This document shows positions 1 through 10,900 of a stretch of 64,000 bases of DNA, one piece after another. The stretch comes from Candidatus Dojkabacteria bacterium (GTDB lineage Bacteria > Patescibacteriota > Dojkabacteria > SC72). Below the pieces are notes generated by a model. It was not told where the DNA came from. It ran no database searches and saw only the letters and a program-made list of their open reading frames with translations. Both the position numbers and the translations under genes were made by a program. Where the stretch lies: the NCBI GenBank assembly GCA_018056375.1, contig JAGPFQ010000002.1, positions 11,344 through 75,343 of the forward strand, in the 5' to 3' direction. Positions within the stretch are counted from its first letter, which is position 1; every line of letters begins with the position of its first letter.

Positions 1-433
1 AGATTATAGCGATTATTATACTTACAAGCAAAAGTTTTGTTAAATGTTTTTCTCTGCTGTAATTTCTTGATGCAAAAATAAATGTGGGGACTGAGATAAC
101 AGTTGAGATAATAGGGTATAGGTAAATTATATCCTTTGGTGCGAGTATGTTGTTGGGGTTTATATAAAACTTGAAAATAGGAAGAGATGTTGGAAGAAAA
201 TTAATATTTGTAGAAATAATATATACCTGGTAGAGAGTTAAAATAAGAAAAGCCATTAAAGCAGCCCACACAAGAGGGTCTTTCAAAAACTTTACAACCT
301 CCAATTTGATAATAACATCATCAAAGTCTTTTTTGATTTTATAGAATCTATTTTTAAAAGGCTCTTCTATCTCTAAATCTAATTGTTTATATTGTTCCTC
401 TTCTGTTTTTCCTTTTTTAGAAACTTTTTTCAT
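1..433 (-). CDS. Partial hypothetical membrane protein. ATG at 433-431, and the reading frame stays open to the window edge (144 codons, C-terminus beyond position 1)
   Basis: Manual reverse-complement translation gives MKKVSKKGKTEEEQYKQLDLEIEE... followed by hydrophobic segments (LVWAALMAFLILTLYQVYIIS, LLLVSIIIAII). No stop codon occurs in 144 codons of an AT-rich genome. This ORF is absent from the ORF track because it runs off the window. Confidence 0.45.
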   Translation of the reverse strand, partial: MKKVSKKGKTEEEQYKQLDLEIEEPFKNRFYKIKKDFDDVIIKLEVVKFLKDPLVWAALMAFLILTLYQVYIISTNINFLPTSLPIFKFYINPNNILAPKDIIYLYPIISTVISVPTFIFASRNYSREKHLTKLLLVSIIIAII

Positions 434-456
434 AGCTGTATTATATCAAAAACACA

Positions 457-1224
457 TCATTTTGCTCTTTTTGAAAAAAGAAACAGATAATCTTCTATTG
501 TTAGATGTTGTGGTCGTAAGTTTAAAAGTTCTTTCGCTTTCTCTCCTATTTCGTATGGGAAATAGCTTTTTAAGTTGTTTTGTAGCTTCTTTCGTGGTTG
601 TTTATATGCTTGGAGAAGGAAGTTTTCAAAGTTTTCTACCTCTTCTTTTAATTGAAAGAAAGTTTTCTCCTGAGGTGTAAACATGATAAATGAGCTTACA
701 ACTTTTGGCTTTGGTTTAAATGACTCAGGTGATATATCAAAAAGTTTCTTACATGTAGCATATATTTCGGTTTTTAAGGAAAGAAAGGTTGTATCTGGTG
801 TGTTTGCTGTGTACTTTTCTGCAACTTCCTTCTGGATTATGAAATATGCTGACATATTGAAGAAGTTTGATTCTATTACTTTTGATATAATTCTCTTACT
901 TACATTGTATGGAAGAGAACCAAAGAAAAGAATTTTCTTTCCTTTAAACTTTTCTAATTGAGAGAAATCCCATTCTAAGAAATCTATATTGACAACTTCT
1001 TGTTCAGGGTAATGGTTTAAAAGTCCCTCTGCTAGGATATTATCTTTCTCTACTAAAAGTAGTTTTTTACCTCCTTGTTGCAAAAGTGAAGAGAAATATC
1101 CATGCCCAGGACCTATTTCAACTATTAGTTCCGGATTTTCTACTAAAACTGTATCAACAATTTTCTTCGCGAGATTCTCATTAACAAAGAAATTCTGTCC
1201 TAGAGATCTTTTAGGTTCTATCAT
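457..1224 (-). CDS. rsmA: 16S rRNA (adenine1518/1519-N6)-dimethyltransferase RsmA/KsgA
   Basis: The N-terminus has KRSLGQNFFVNENL and the VEIGPGHGYFS SAM-binding motif typical of KsgA. The gene overlaps the downstream methyltransferase by 4 nt. Confidence 0.85.
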   Translation of the reverse strand: MIEPKRSLGQNFFVNENLAKKIVDTVLVENPELIVEIGPGHGYFSSLLQQGGKKLLLVEKDNILAEGLLNHYPEQEVVNIDFLEWDFSQLEKFKGKKILFFGSLPYNVSKRIISKVIESNFFNMSAYFIIQKEVAEKYTANTPDTTFLSLKTEIYATCKKLFDISPESFKPKPKVVSSFIMFTPQEKTFFQLKEEVENFENFLLQAYKQPRKKLQNNLKSYFPYEIGEKAKELLNLRPQHLTIEDYLFLFSKRAK

Positions 1225-2171
1225 TGTACTCGAAAATCCCAGACATTATCTTTTTTCTCAAATGTGATATTACATTTTTTACTACAACTTGCACTATCTT
1301 GTTCGATTTCTAGATTCCCTTTACACTGAGGACAACAAAGTATATCTTCAATCTTTTCATATTTTTCTTTCCGTTTATCTTCTTTCTTAAGTATTGTGTC
1401 AAAAACAACACTAGGTGGAATATTTGTCCAAGAGAATATACTTCTTGCAATTTTTTCAAGAAAGAGTAGGGTATCATCATTGAAGAGTTTCTTTAAGAAT
1501 GGAGATCTAAGGAAAGAACAACCTCTCTTCTTCTTGATAGTAAAACCTTGTTCCATGAGAAGTTTTTTAACATGTTTGGGGTGGAAGTTGTAGAAAATAC
1601 CTTCTACATTATCTGATCCTTCAGCCATTGTGAGTGCTGGTTGTGCATATGGTTCTGTGGAGAAAAACTTAAAGTTTCCTTTTAACAGTGCTCGAACCAT
1701 AGCTTTGATATGTACTTTATTTGCAAATTCCTGTACATATTCAGCATCATTTGTAAGTATTCTTCTTAATTCTTTGTAGTAACTTTCTGGATGTTCTATA
1801 TGATGTAGTACTCTCACCATTAATGCCCCATCAAACACATTTTCCTTAAATGGCATTTTGTATGCATTTGCTGCAATTAATTCTGTGTTAGGATATTTAT
1901 TTTTAATTATTTCCCAATTATTTCGTAATGTTTTTGCTGAGTAATCAAGAATGACAGGGTGTTGGTATTTTGAGTAGTAGCTGTTGGTTAACCTTCCATA
2001 TGATCCACCAACATCTAAAAACCAATCCCCTCTTTTTTCTTCAAATATCTTGTCTAAAAGTGTTTTTTCAGCTAAATCTTCATATCTTCTCTTCTTCCAA
2101 TATTGAGAGTAGTCATAGCTAAATTGATCATAATCCGAGACATTGTATGTAAACTGCTTTGTATTACTCAT
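1221..2171 (-). CDS. Class I SAM-dependent methyltransferase with a C-terminal zinc-ribbon (CPQCKG...C..C) tail
   Basis: FLDVGGSYGRL is a glycine-rich SAM motif I. The C-terminal CCPQCKGNLE...CSKKC resembles a Trm112-like ribbon. The gene is translationally coupled to rsmA. Confidence 0.65.
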   Translation of the reverse strand: MSNTKQFTYNVSDYDQFSYDYSQYWKKRRYEDLAEKTLLDKIFEEKRGDWFLDVGGSYGRLTNSYYSKYQHPVILDYSAKTLRNNWEIIKNKYPNTELIAANAYKMPFKENVFDGALMVRVLHHIEHPESYYKELRRILTNDAEYVQEFANKVHIKAMVRALLKGNFKFFSTEPYAQPALTMAEGSDNVEGIFYNFHPKHVKKLLMEQGFTIKKKRGCSFLRSPFLKKLFNDDTLLFLEKIARSIFSWTNIPPSVVFDTILKKEDKRKEKYEKIEDILCCPQCKGNLEIEQDSASCSKKCNITFEKKDNVWDFRVQ

Positions 2172-3897
2172 TTTTGATTTTTTGTAAAACTTTAGTTACT
2201 TCTTGTAGCTTACTTAAAGCATGAGCCTTTTCATCTTCTTTTTCAAGTTCTTCACTTATACTAATTTGAGAAGCTAGGTTTTTTTGTATACCTTCATAGT
2301 AAGTTACCCTAATTCTTTTCATCGTTTGGTGAATATCTTCTGCTATGTCTTGTTGCTCTGTTGGTAGAGTTTTAGCATTGAAAATCATGTCTTCAAGTAA
2401 TGGAGCTACATTAGAATCAGTACTTAGTTCTTCAAAAAGTTTTGTTCTATTAATTTCTGGTAAGTTTTTCTTTATAGTTAAATATATTTTCTTAAGATGT
2501 TTATCTGTAATGTATTTTGAGTCGAGGATGAAGGAGTCTTCGATTTTTTCTACAAAGAGTAATAGTTGAATGTAACGAGTTGTTAAGTCTTCAGTTTTAG
2601 ACCTTTTTATCTTTTTTGTCTCTGTCTTTTTATCTTTATAATTAGGCCTACTGTCAATGATTTTTTCTTCATCTGGTTGTATTCCAGTAACTCTGTAGAG
2701 CTTTTTTAGGTAGAGGTTTTTGGTATTTCTATCTTTCACAGAGTCAAGAATCGGTTTGATTTCTTTTCTAATTGTATTAACATCACTTAATTTGTTCATA
2801 TCTTTCCCTTTTGTAATCTCCGCCAGTATGTAAGAGAATGCTTCTTTCTTTTCTTTTATGATTTTGTCGAATTTTTCTGGCTCTTTTTGTAGCAGGTCAT
2901 CAATATCTTTGTACGGTGCTGTACTTGCTGCATATGGATTCATACTTAGTTCTGAGGCTAAGATGAAACCTCGAATAAGTGCTTGTTGACCCGCCCTGTC
3001 AGAGTCAAAAAGAAAAAGTATATTCTTAGTGAGAGGTATGATGGATTCTAATTGTTTGGATGTGAGACTAGTTCCTAGTGGAGCTACTACATTTTTAACT
3101 CCATGTTGGTGGGCGGAGATTACATCGGTAGAACCTTCACTTATTATAGCAAGGTCTGATTTTCTCATTTCTTGTCTTGATTCGTATTGTGCAAAAAGGT
3201 TGTATGATTTATGAAATATGGATGTCTCTGGAGAATTCATATATTTAGGACCATATTCATTTGTACCACTCTGTCTTGCTGTAAAAGCTATAACATCTCC
3301 TTTTCTAGATCTAATTGGAAACATTATCCTGTCAAAGAATTTTTCTCTCAAAACACCATTTTTCTCTACAAATAGTCCTGTTTGTAGAAGTGTTCCTTTA
3401 CTGTATGCACCTGATTTTTTAACTTGTTCTAGAAGTTTTGGGTATTTGGGTGAGTATCCAATTGCAAAATTTTTAATTGATTCTCTGTTTATACCTCTGT
3501 TTAATACATATTCGAGAGCAGTTTTATCTCTTAGTAATGCATTGTAGTAATATTTTGTTGCTATGTAGTGAATATCTTTCAATTCTTTATACTTTTTGTT
3601 TCCTTGGGTCTTTTTTAACTGAACTCCTGCCACTTTTGCTAGCTTTTCTAAAGCTTCTACAAAATCAATATGTTCTATCTCTTGCAGAAAGTTAAATATG
3701 TCTCCAGATTTACCACAACCAAAACACTTGTATCTTTGAATGTCTGGACTGACAATGAAAGATGGGGTTTTTTCTTTGTGAAAAGGGCATAGACCTGAGA
3801 AGTTTTTCCCTGCTTGTTTTAAGTGAACATATTTTTGAACAACTTGGACAATATCTACCTTATCTTTAATTTCTTCTATCTGATTGTTAGGCTCCAT
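2164..3897 (-). CDS. dnaG: DNA primase DnaG
   Basis: A CHC2 zinc finger (CPFHKEKTPSF) is present. A TOPRIM region (EGSTDVIS ... FLFDSDRAGQQA) is also present. Confidence 0.9.
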   Translation of the reverse strand: MEPNNQIEEIKDKVDIVQVVQKYVHLKQAGKNFSGLCPFHKEKTPSFIVSPDIQRYKCFGCGKSGDIFNFLQEIEHIDFVEALEKLAKVAGVQLKKTQGNKKYKELKDIHYIATKYYYNALLRDKTALEYVLNRGINRESIKNFAIGYSPKYPKLLEQVKKSGAYSKGTLLQTGLFVEKNGVLREKFFDRIMFPIRSRKGDVIAFTARQSGTNEYGPKYMNSPETSIFHKSYNLFAQYESRQEMRKSDLAIISEGSTDVISAHQHGVKNVVAPLGTSLTSKQLESIIPLTKNILFLFDSDRAGQQALIRGFILASELSMNPYAASTAPYKDIDDLLQKEPEKFDKIIKEKKEAFSYILAEITKGKDMNKLSDVNTIRKEIKPILDSVKDRNTKNLYLKKLYRVTGIQPDEEKIIDSRPNYKDKKTETKKIKRSKTEDLTTRYIQLLLFVEKIEDSFILDSKYITDKHLKKIYLTIKKNLPEINRTKLFEELSTDSNVAPLLEDMIFNAKTLPTEQQDIAEDIHQTMKRIRVTYYEGIQKNLASQISISEELEKEDEKAHALSKLQEVTKVLQKIKNE

Positions 3898-3939
3898 TTG
3901 ATTGATTATATCATTTAGAGCAGTATTTTCCTCTTTTAA

Positions 3940-4869
3940 CTATTTACACTCTAATGAATTCTCTACAATCACACATTCCATATCTACAACACCTTTAGAT
4001 GAGGATGTAGGTAATTGGATTGCTTTCTCATTAAAATACAGTTTGGTATTACTAATTCTTCCAGATATGATATGCAACTTGTGTTGAATTTCAAACTCTT
4101 TTTTAGTCGGTTCTAATACTTGTGCAATTACATTTACATCGTCAATATCAAGCTTTATCCAAGTAGCTGTCTCAAAAATCTCTAAAACTACCTTATTAAT
4201 CTTCACTTCTTCGGGTTTCTCTTCTTCATTTTTTGGAATATATGTAATATTTAATGTCTCAACAGTTTCCAGAATATTGTTGTTATTCTTCTGTGCTTTT
4301 ATAGTAACAAGATTCCTTCCTTCTGTTAGTGTTATCTCTTTTTCAAAATTTCCTTCATCATCTACATCCGTACTGATATCATTAATCTGGATAATTGTTC
4401 CTTTTTCAGTCTTCCCTTTGATTGTAATCTTTTCGTTTTCTACTGTACTTTCCTTAGGTGGTTCAAATATTTCTAGCTTTGGAGGTGTTTGGAATTTGTA
4501 TATTTGAGATATTATGTATCCTGCAATGAGTAATGTGAAAAGTGATACTAGAATTATTACTACAGTCTTAGGTGTTATTACAAATTTCTTTCTAGTTACT
4601 TTTTGTGGTGTTTTTGGGGTCTCTTTTTCAGTGCTGACTGGATTGGTTCTTCTGTAGAGTGCAAGGATTTTTTTTACATCTAAACCAAGATATTTTGCAT
4701 ATATTTTGATAAAGCCTGTAAGGAAGACTTCTGATTGAAAGGGTGTGAATATGTTTTTTTCAATTGATTGGAGAAACCTCTTTTGTATTTTAGTATCAGC
4801 AGAGGCTTTATCTAAGCTAATTCTTAATCTTTCTCTTTTGTTTTTTAGTACTTCTCCAACTGTTATCAT
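3940..4869 (-). CDS. RodZ-like HTH-domain membrane protein (N-terminal XRE-type HTH, single TM, extracytoplasmic C-terminal domain)
   Basis: The N-terminus LKNKRERLRISLDKASADTKIQKRFLQSIEKN...GFIKIYAKYLGLD fits the RodZ pattern. A TM segment VVIILVSLFTLLIAGYIISQIY follows. Confidence 0.55.
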   Translation of the reverse strand: MITVGEVLKNKRERLRISLDKASADTKIQKRFLQSIEKNIFTPFQSEVFLTGFIKIYAKYLGLDVKKILALYRRTNPVSTEKETPKTPQKVTRKKFVITPKTVVIILVSLFTLLIAGYIISQIYKFQTPPKLEIFEPPKESTVENEKITIKGKTEKGTIIQINDISTDVDDEGNFEKEITLTEGRNLVTIKAQKNNNNILETVETLNITYIPKNEEEKPEEVKINKVVLEIFETATWIKLDIDDVNVIAQVLEPTKKEFEIQHKLHIISGRISNTKLYFNEKAIQLPTSSSKGVVDMECVIVENSLECK

Positions 4870-4999
4870 AGTCGTATTCTACTACTATTTGTTGTTATTA
4901 GAAAGGTTGAGGGTTTATGCAAGGCTTATAGTGTGGTATAATGTAGGTAGGGTGTGATTATGTTATTATTTAATAATTAATTTATTATTCATATATAAT

Positions 5000-5413
5000 A
5001 TGGCAGAAGTAATGAAGGAAACTCCAAAAACCGAAAAGAAGAAAAAGTTAACATTGGGAGGTTCTTATAATGCAGTGTGGAAGAAATATGCGGAATTCAA
5101 TGGTAGGTTAAGTAGAAAGGGGTATTGGTATTTTATAGTATATAATTTTTTAGTTGCTCTTGTTGTAAGGTTGGCTGATGGTATTATATTTGACTTTGAT
5201 CCAGATCGTTATGTTCTTAGTGCAATATACAGTCTTGCTGTGTTTATCCCTCATCTTTCAGCAGCTACCAGAAGGTTACATGATAAAAATAGGAGTGGTT
5301 GGTTGCAGTTACTCAACTTAATTCCTATTGTTGGATAGATTGTTGTTTTCATCTTCTTACTACAAAAAGGAGACCAAGAAGAAAATGATTATGGTCCAGT
5401 ACCAGAGGAGTAA
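5000..5413 (+). pseudogene. DUF805 family inner-membrane protein interrupted by an in-frame TAG at 5336-5338. The downstream in-frame segment IVVFIFLLQKGDQEENDYGPVPEE completes the family C-terminal motif
   Basis: The DUF805 signature is present (GRLSRKGYWYF ... ATRRLHDKNRSGWLQLLNLIPIVG). Immediately after the amber codon the frame continues with the third TM helix and the family-typical G..N.YGP.P tail until TAA at 5411-5413. An intrinsic terminator follows at about 5437. Confidence 0.6.
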
Positions 5414-5436
5414 GGTATAAAGACTTAGTGTTTGAG

Positions 5437-5463
5437 AAGGGCTCTTAAATGAGCCCTTTTTGT
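5437..5463 (+). terminator. Rho-independent terminator (agggctc-ttaaat-gagccct followed by a T-run)
   Basis: A 7-bp GC-containing stem precedes ttttgttt. It lies downstream of the extended DUF805 reading frame and overlaps the convergent ftsK stop. Confidence 0.5.
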
Positions 5464-7725
5464 TTAATATTCATCCTCAACATCACTCCCTAGGATTTCA
5501 GAAACATCTTCAACCAGAACTTTTCTAGGTTTAGAACCATCTTGAGGACCAATAGCACCTGCGTCATAGAGTTGGTCTATTAATCTAGCAGCTTTGTTAT
5601 ACCCTATCTTCATCTTCCTTTGTAGGAATGAAGCAGAAGCTTTTTGAGTAAGTACTACAACTTCTAATGCTTTCTCAAAATCAGGGTCTCTTTCATTCTC
5701 TGAACCTAATGCACCACCATCTGTACCTTTCTCAATTGCATCTGTTAGAGCAGTAGAGTACTCTGGTTCGTTATCTTTTACCTGTTCCTTGATTGCATTT
5801 ACAATGTTTTCTGTATCTCCAGTTGATGTGTAAGTCCCTTGTATTCTAATAGGTTTAGGAGTTGTTTGGTCTTTGTAAAGCATATCTCCACTACCTAGTA
5901 GTGTTTCTGCACCAGCTTCATCAAGTATGACTCTGGAGTCCATTAAGGTTGAAACAGCAAAAGCCATTCTTCCAGGAATGTTTGACTTAATTAGTCCTGT
6001 AATGACGTCAACCGTTGGTTTCTGTGTTGCTAGTATTAAGTGGATACCAACGGCTCTTCCCATCTGTGCTAATCTCTGTATCTTAGTTTCAACTTCCACT
6101 CCCGAGGTAAGCATAAGGTCTGCCATCTCGTCAATTACAACGACAATATATGGCATTGCTACATATCCCATTTTAGCATTGTATTCAGCTAGTTTTTTTG
6201 CATGTACCTGTTTTAGTTGTGTGTATCTCTTCATCATTTCTCCAATAACCCATTCTAAGGCATTGGTGACAAGAGCAGAATCTGTTATTACAGGTGTAAG
6301 TAAGTGTGGAATACCATTGTACATACCCATCTCTACACCCATTTTAGGGTCTACTAGAATGAATTTAACCTCATCTGGCGTTTTTGTCATCAAAAGTCCT
6401 GTTAGTAAGGAGTTAATAGCTACTGACTTACCAGTACCTGTTGCTCCTGCTACCAATAGGTGAGGTATCTTTCCTAAGTCCGTTATCATTGTTTTTCCGG
6501 TAATATCTTTCCCTAGTATTAAAGGTAGTTCATACTTGTCTACCTCTGGTCTAAGTTTCTTTATCATATCTCTTGTGTAAACAAAGTTTGGAGTAGGGTT
6601 TGGTACTTCAATACCTACATATGGTGTACCTGGTATTGGGGCTTCAATTCTAATAGATGCTGTTTGAGAAGCTAATGCTAGTGCTAAGTCGTTACTTAAA
6701 CTCTTTACTCTTGAGACTTTAGTTCCTGTACTTATACTCAAAGAGAATCTTAAAACAGTTGGGCCTACTGCAATTGATACGACTTTGGCTTGTATACCGA
6801 AGTTCATTAGAGTTCTTTGTATGATTAAAGCCTTCTCTTTGTAAAGTTTAGCATCTTGTTTATGAACCTCTTTTTCTTGCAATAAGCTTATATCAGGGAA
6901 AACCCAGTCTGTATATTTTGGTTGTTGTGGCTGTTCATCCTTACTATCTTTAACTACTTCCCCCTCAAGTTCAATATCTTCTTCATTCTTCTTCTCTCGA
7001 TGTAAAATTTCGTCGATTTTCTTCTCTATATCAACAGTTTCTTCCATTTCTGGTTCTTCTGGTACGTCACTTACAGCCTCTCCACTTATCTTGATATCAT
7101 CCTCTTTTTTACTAATTCTAAACCTCCCTAAGATTGATTGTAATACAGAAGGTTTCTCAGTCAGGTCTTCTTTTTGAGGTTCTGGTATTGATCCTTCAAT
7201 GAAATCTCTTATTTGTTCAATAGTAGTTCCTGTTATTAAGGAAAACGCTAGGATTAAGAAGATAATAACCACAAGGATCTCGATTAGGTTGCCAAGAACA
7301 CCGTTTAGGGATGTGTGTAGTAATTTGCCTAACTCTCCCCCAGCACCTCTTAAAGCGTCAGGGTTTGTGTATTGTTCTGGGTTTTGCCAGAACGACAGGA
7401 GAATAGATATGCAGAGAGAAAAGAAAAGTATTCCTATAGCTTGTTTTGCTGATACAAATTTTTTGTTTTTGAATAGTAAGAAAAATGATATGTATATTAA
7501 TAGTATGCCCCATGGTATTGCTCCATACCCTAAAAGTAAGGAGACTTTAGCGAAAAGAGTTGCTTGATCATGAATAAATGGAGATATTAACACAGCTATT
7601 CCACCTACAAAAAGTATCGTACCAAAGAGTATTTTAGTCTCACTGCTTTTAATTGTAAGTTTTTCTTTTTTCTTCTTTGTTGCCATGTATGTAAATATCA
7701 TAATGGATAGTAGGGGATATTTCAA
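5464..7725 (-). CDS. ftsK: DNA translocase FtsK/SpoIIIE
   Basis: N-terminal TM helices are followed by Walker A VAGATGTGKSV. A C-terminal winged-helix gamma domain is present (FLQRKMKIGYNKAARLIDQL). Confidence 0.9.
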   Translation of the reverse strand: MKYPLLSIMIFTYMATKKKKEKLTIKSSETKILFGTILFVGGIAVLISPFIHDQATLFAKVSLLLGYGAIPWGILLIYISFFLLFKNKKFVSAKQAIGILFFSLCISILLSFWQNPEQYTNPDALRGAGGELGKLLHTSLNGVLGNLIEILVVIIFLILAFSLITGTTIEQIRDFIEGSIPEPQKEDLTEKPSVLQSILGRFRISKKEDDIKISGEAVSDVPEEPEMEETVDIEKKIDEILHREKKNEEDIELEGEVVKDSKDEQPQQPKYTDWVFPDISLLQEKEVHKQDAKLYKEKALIIQRTLMNFGIQAKVVSIAVGPTVLRFSLSISTGTKVSRVKSLSNDLALALASQTASIRIEAPIPGTPYVGIEVPNPTPNFVYTRDMIKKLRPEVDKYELPLILGKDITGKTMITDLGKIPHLLVAGATGTGKSVAINSLLTGLLMTKTPDEVKFILVDPKMGVEMGMYNGIPHLLTPVITDSALVTNALEWVIGEMMKRYTQLKQVHAKKLAEYNAKMGYVAMPYIVVVIDEMADLMLTSGVEVETKIQRLAQMGRAVGIHLILATQKPTVDVITGLIKSNIPGRMAFAVSTLMDSRVILDEAGAETLLGSGDMLYKDQTTPKPIRIQGTYTSTGDTENIVNAIKEQVKDNEPEYSTALTDAIEKGTDGGALGSENERDPDFEKALEVVVLTQKASASFLQRKMKIGYNKAARLIDQLYDAGAIGPQDGSKPRKVLVEDVSEILGSDVEDEY

Positions 7726-7940
7726 AGGTTTGATTGTTATGGAATTGAAAAATGTTTTTTTGTGTCAAAAAATCCTAAAATATCCTACTAAATCGTTGAC
7801 TTTACATATCTTATATGATAAACTTCCCAAAGTCGCTTGATTCTTTGATCAAAAAAGTGGTAACACAAAAAGCTTTTTCTATATTTTGTGGGTATCGCTT
7901 ATCAAGTAATATGTTATAACATAACCAAACAATTTACCCT

Positions 7941-10900
7941 ATGTTAAAACCTAAAACTAATCACTCTGGTAGGTTAAATTTGGGTCTTGAGTACTCCGGA
8001 GAGTTTGAGTTCCCAAATTTAATAGAAGCCCAGATTAATTCCTTTGAGGCTTTTAAGAAAGATGGTTTCCAAGAGATCTTTAATGAGATTAGCCCCGTTA
8101 AAGATAATATGGAAAAGATGTGGACTCTGGAATTTAAAGATTTTAGATATGGAGATCCATATAGAGATATAGATGAGGCGATTAAGAAGGGCCTTTCCTA
8201 CGAAGTTCCTGTTTATGCAACAGTCCAGTTAATGAATAATAAAACTGGAGAGATAAAGGAGCAAGAGATTTTTATTGCAGATTTACCAATAATGACAGAC
8301 GATGGTGTCTTTGTTTTTAATGGTGTAAGAAGGGTTGTTACCCACCAAATTGTTAGGGCGGAGGGTGTTTTGTATGAAGAGGCAGATAGATTACCTATGA
8401 GGACTCTTTACAAAGCAAGGTTGATGCCTGGGCAGGGTCCATGGTATGAGATAGATACAAACAGACATAGTGTAATCTCTATGAGAATTCTTCCAAAGAG
8501 ACCTAAAGTTTTGATAACAGAGCTTTTAAGGGTGTTTGGTTGGGAAACAGATGAGGAAATCAAAAAGCTGTTTGCTGATGTTGATACACATGAAGAGTAT
8601 AAATATATTGAAGCTACACTTGCTAGAGACTTTACCAAGAGTAAAGAAGAAGCAGTGATCAGTATTTACAACAAATTAAGACCAGACGAGTCTGTCACAT
8701 TAGAAAGTGCTGAGAGATATGTTAAGAGTAACTTCTTTAATGTGAGGAAATTTAATCTTGGTAAGATTGGTAGATATCAGTTAAACAGGAAGCTTGGTAC
8801 TACATATGATGTTAATGACCCTGAGCAGGCAGTACTGTATCCAAATGATATTGTTTTGATTATCAAGAGACTGATTCAATTAAATAATGGAGAAGTAGAG
8901 CCAGATGATATCGATCATCTTTCTAACAGGAGAATTAGAAGTGTTGGAGAGATATTAGGAAGACAGTTGAACGGTGCAGTTAGAAGACTTGAAAAGAATA
9001 TTAAGGATAAGATGAGTCTCTACGGTCAAGATTCTAAAGTGACTCCTTCTATGTTGGTGAGTACAAAGCCAATCTCTGCATCTATTCAGTCCTTCTTCGG
9101 CTCAAATGCTTTGTCAACTTTTATGGATCAGGTAAATATTTTGGCAGAGTTGGAGAATAAGAGAAAAGTTACTGCAGGAGGACCTGGTGGTATTGCGAAA
9201 GAAAGGGCTACTTTCTCAATTAGAGAGGTTCATAACTCACACTATTCTAAGTTTGACCCAGTAACTAGTCCAGAGTCTGCAAGTATTGGTGTTGTTGTAC
9301 AGTTAGCTATGTTAGCAAGGATAAATGAGTATGGTTTCTTGGAGGCTCCTTATAGAGAGATTTCACATAAGGTGAAGAATAACAAGAAAGAGTTGTTGAA
9401 TAGAATTTTATCTGAAGATATTAAGAAAATTGCTAAGGCAGGTGATTTCATAGATGAGAAGTTGGCAGAGAAGATAGTAAAAGAGAAAAGTATAAAAGAA
9501 GTTTCAGTCAAACCTTTTGTTACAGATAATGTGAAGTATCTAGATGCTATGGATGAAGAGAATTTTAGAATTTCTTCTGCAACAATAGCAAAGGATGAGT
9601 ATGGAAATATTACAGATACACTTCTACCTATTAGATATAAAGGAGAATTCCTTCTTGAAGATGTGTCTGGTGTCAACTATATAGATGCTCTTGCTGGTCA
9701 GCAAGCAGGTCTTGGTATGGCTTTGATTCCATTTATCTCTCACAATGATGCAATGAGAGCATTGACAGGAGCCAACCAGCAAAGACAGGCAGTTCCTCTA
9801 ATTAAACAAGAAGCTCCTTTAATAGGAACAGGAATGGAAGAGGTTGTTGCAAGACAGTCTATTTGGGGTGTGTTTGCTAAGGAAGCAGGAGAAGTTCTTT
9901 CTGTTGATGCTAACAAAGTGACTGTTAAGTATGAAAAAGAGGGTGTTGAGGATTACAAGTTAACCTCTTTCTATAGAAGTAATGATAATACCTGTTTTGT
10001 ACAGAAACCAATTTTGAATGTAGGTGATAAGTTTAAGAAAGGTGATGCGATTGTTGATGGTCCAACTATGGTGAATGGAGAGATTTCTATTGGTACAAAC
10101 CTAAGAGCAGCATTAATGTTCTTTGAAGGTTACAACTATGAAGACTCTGTTATCATTTCAGATAGGATTGTAAAGGATGACCTTTTAACTTCTATTAACA
10201 TTAGAGAACACACAGTAGACATTAGAGATACAGAGCTTGGTCCAGAGATAATCACAGCTGATATTCCACATGTTAATGACAGAATTCTGCAGAAACTAGA
10301 TGCAGAAGGAATTGTAATGTCAGGTACTCAGGTTAAGTCGGGAGATATCCTTGTTGGAGTTGTTGCACCTAGAGGAGAAAAAGAGTTGACAGCAGAAGAA
10401 AGATTGTTAAGAGCAATCTTTGGAGAATCTGCAAGTGATGTTAGAGATAACTCACTAAGAGTTCCTCACGGAGAAGGTGGTATTGTAATTAGAAGTATCG
10501 TACTCTCTGCAGACAAAGGAGATAAATTAGCACCTGGAGTTTTGCATCAGGTCAAAGTTTGGGTCGCAGAAACAAAGAAGATAGGTTTTGGAGATAAGAT
10601 TGCAGGTAGACACGGAGATAAGAATACAATTGCAGCTGTTAGACCTGTTGAAGATATGCCTTTCACCGAAGATGGTGAACCAGTAGATATTGTCTTAACT
10701 CCAACATTCCTCAAAAGAATGAATATGGCACAAGCTACTGAAGTCCATTTTGCTAAATACGCACAAGATTTGGGGGTTAAGTTTGCATTCCCAATCTTCG
10801 AAGGTGAAAACATGGAGTGGTTAGAAGCAGAGATGAAGAAACATGGTTACAGTATGGATCAAAGAGTAGATCTTTACGATGGTAGAACTGGTAAGAAATT

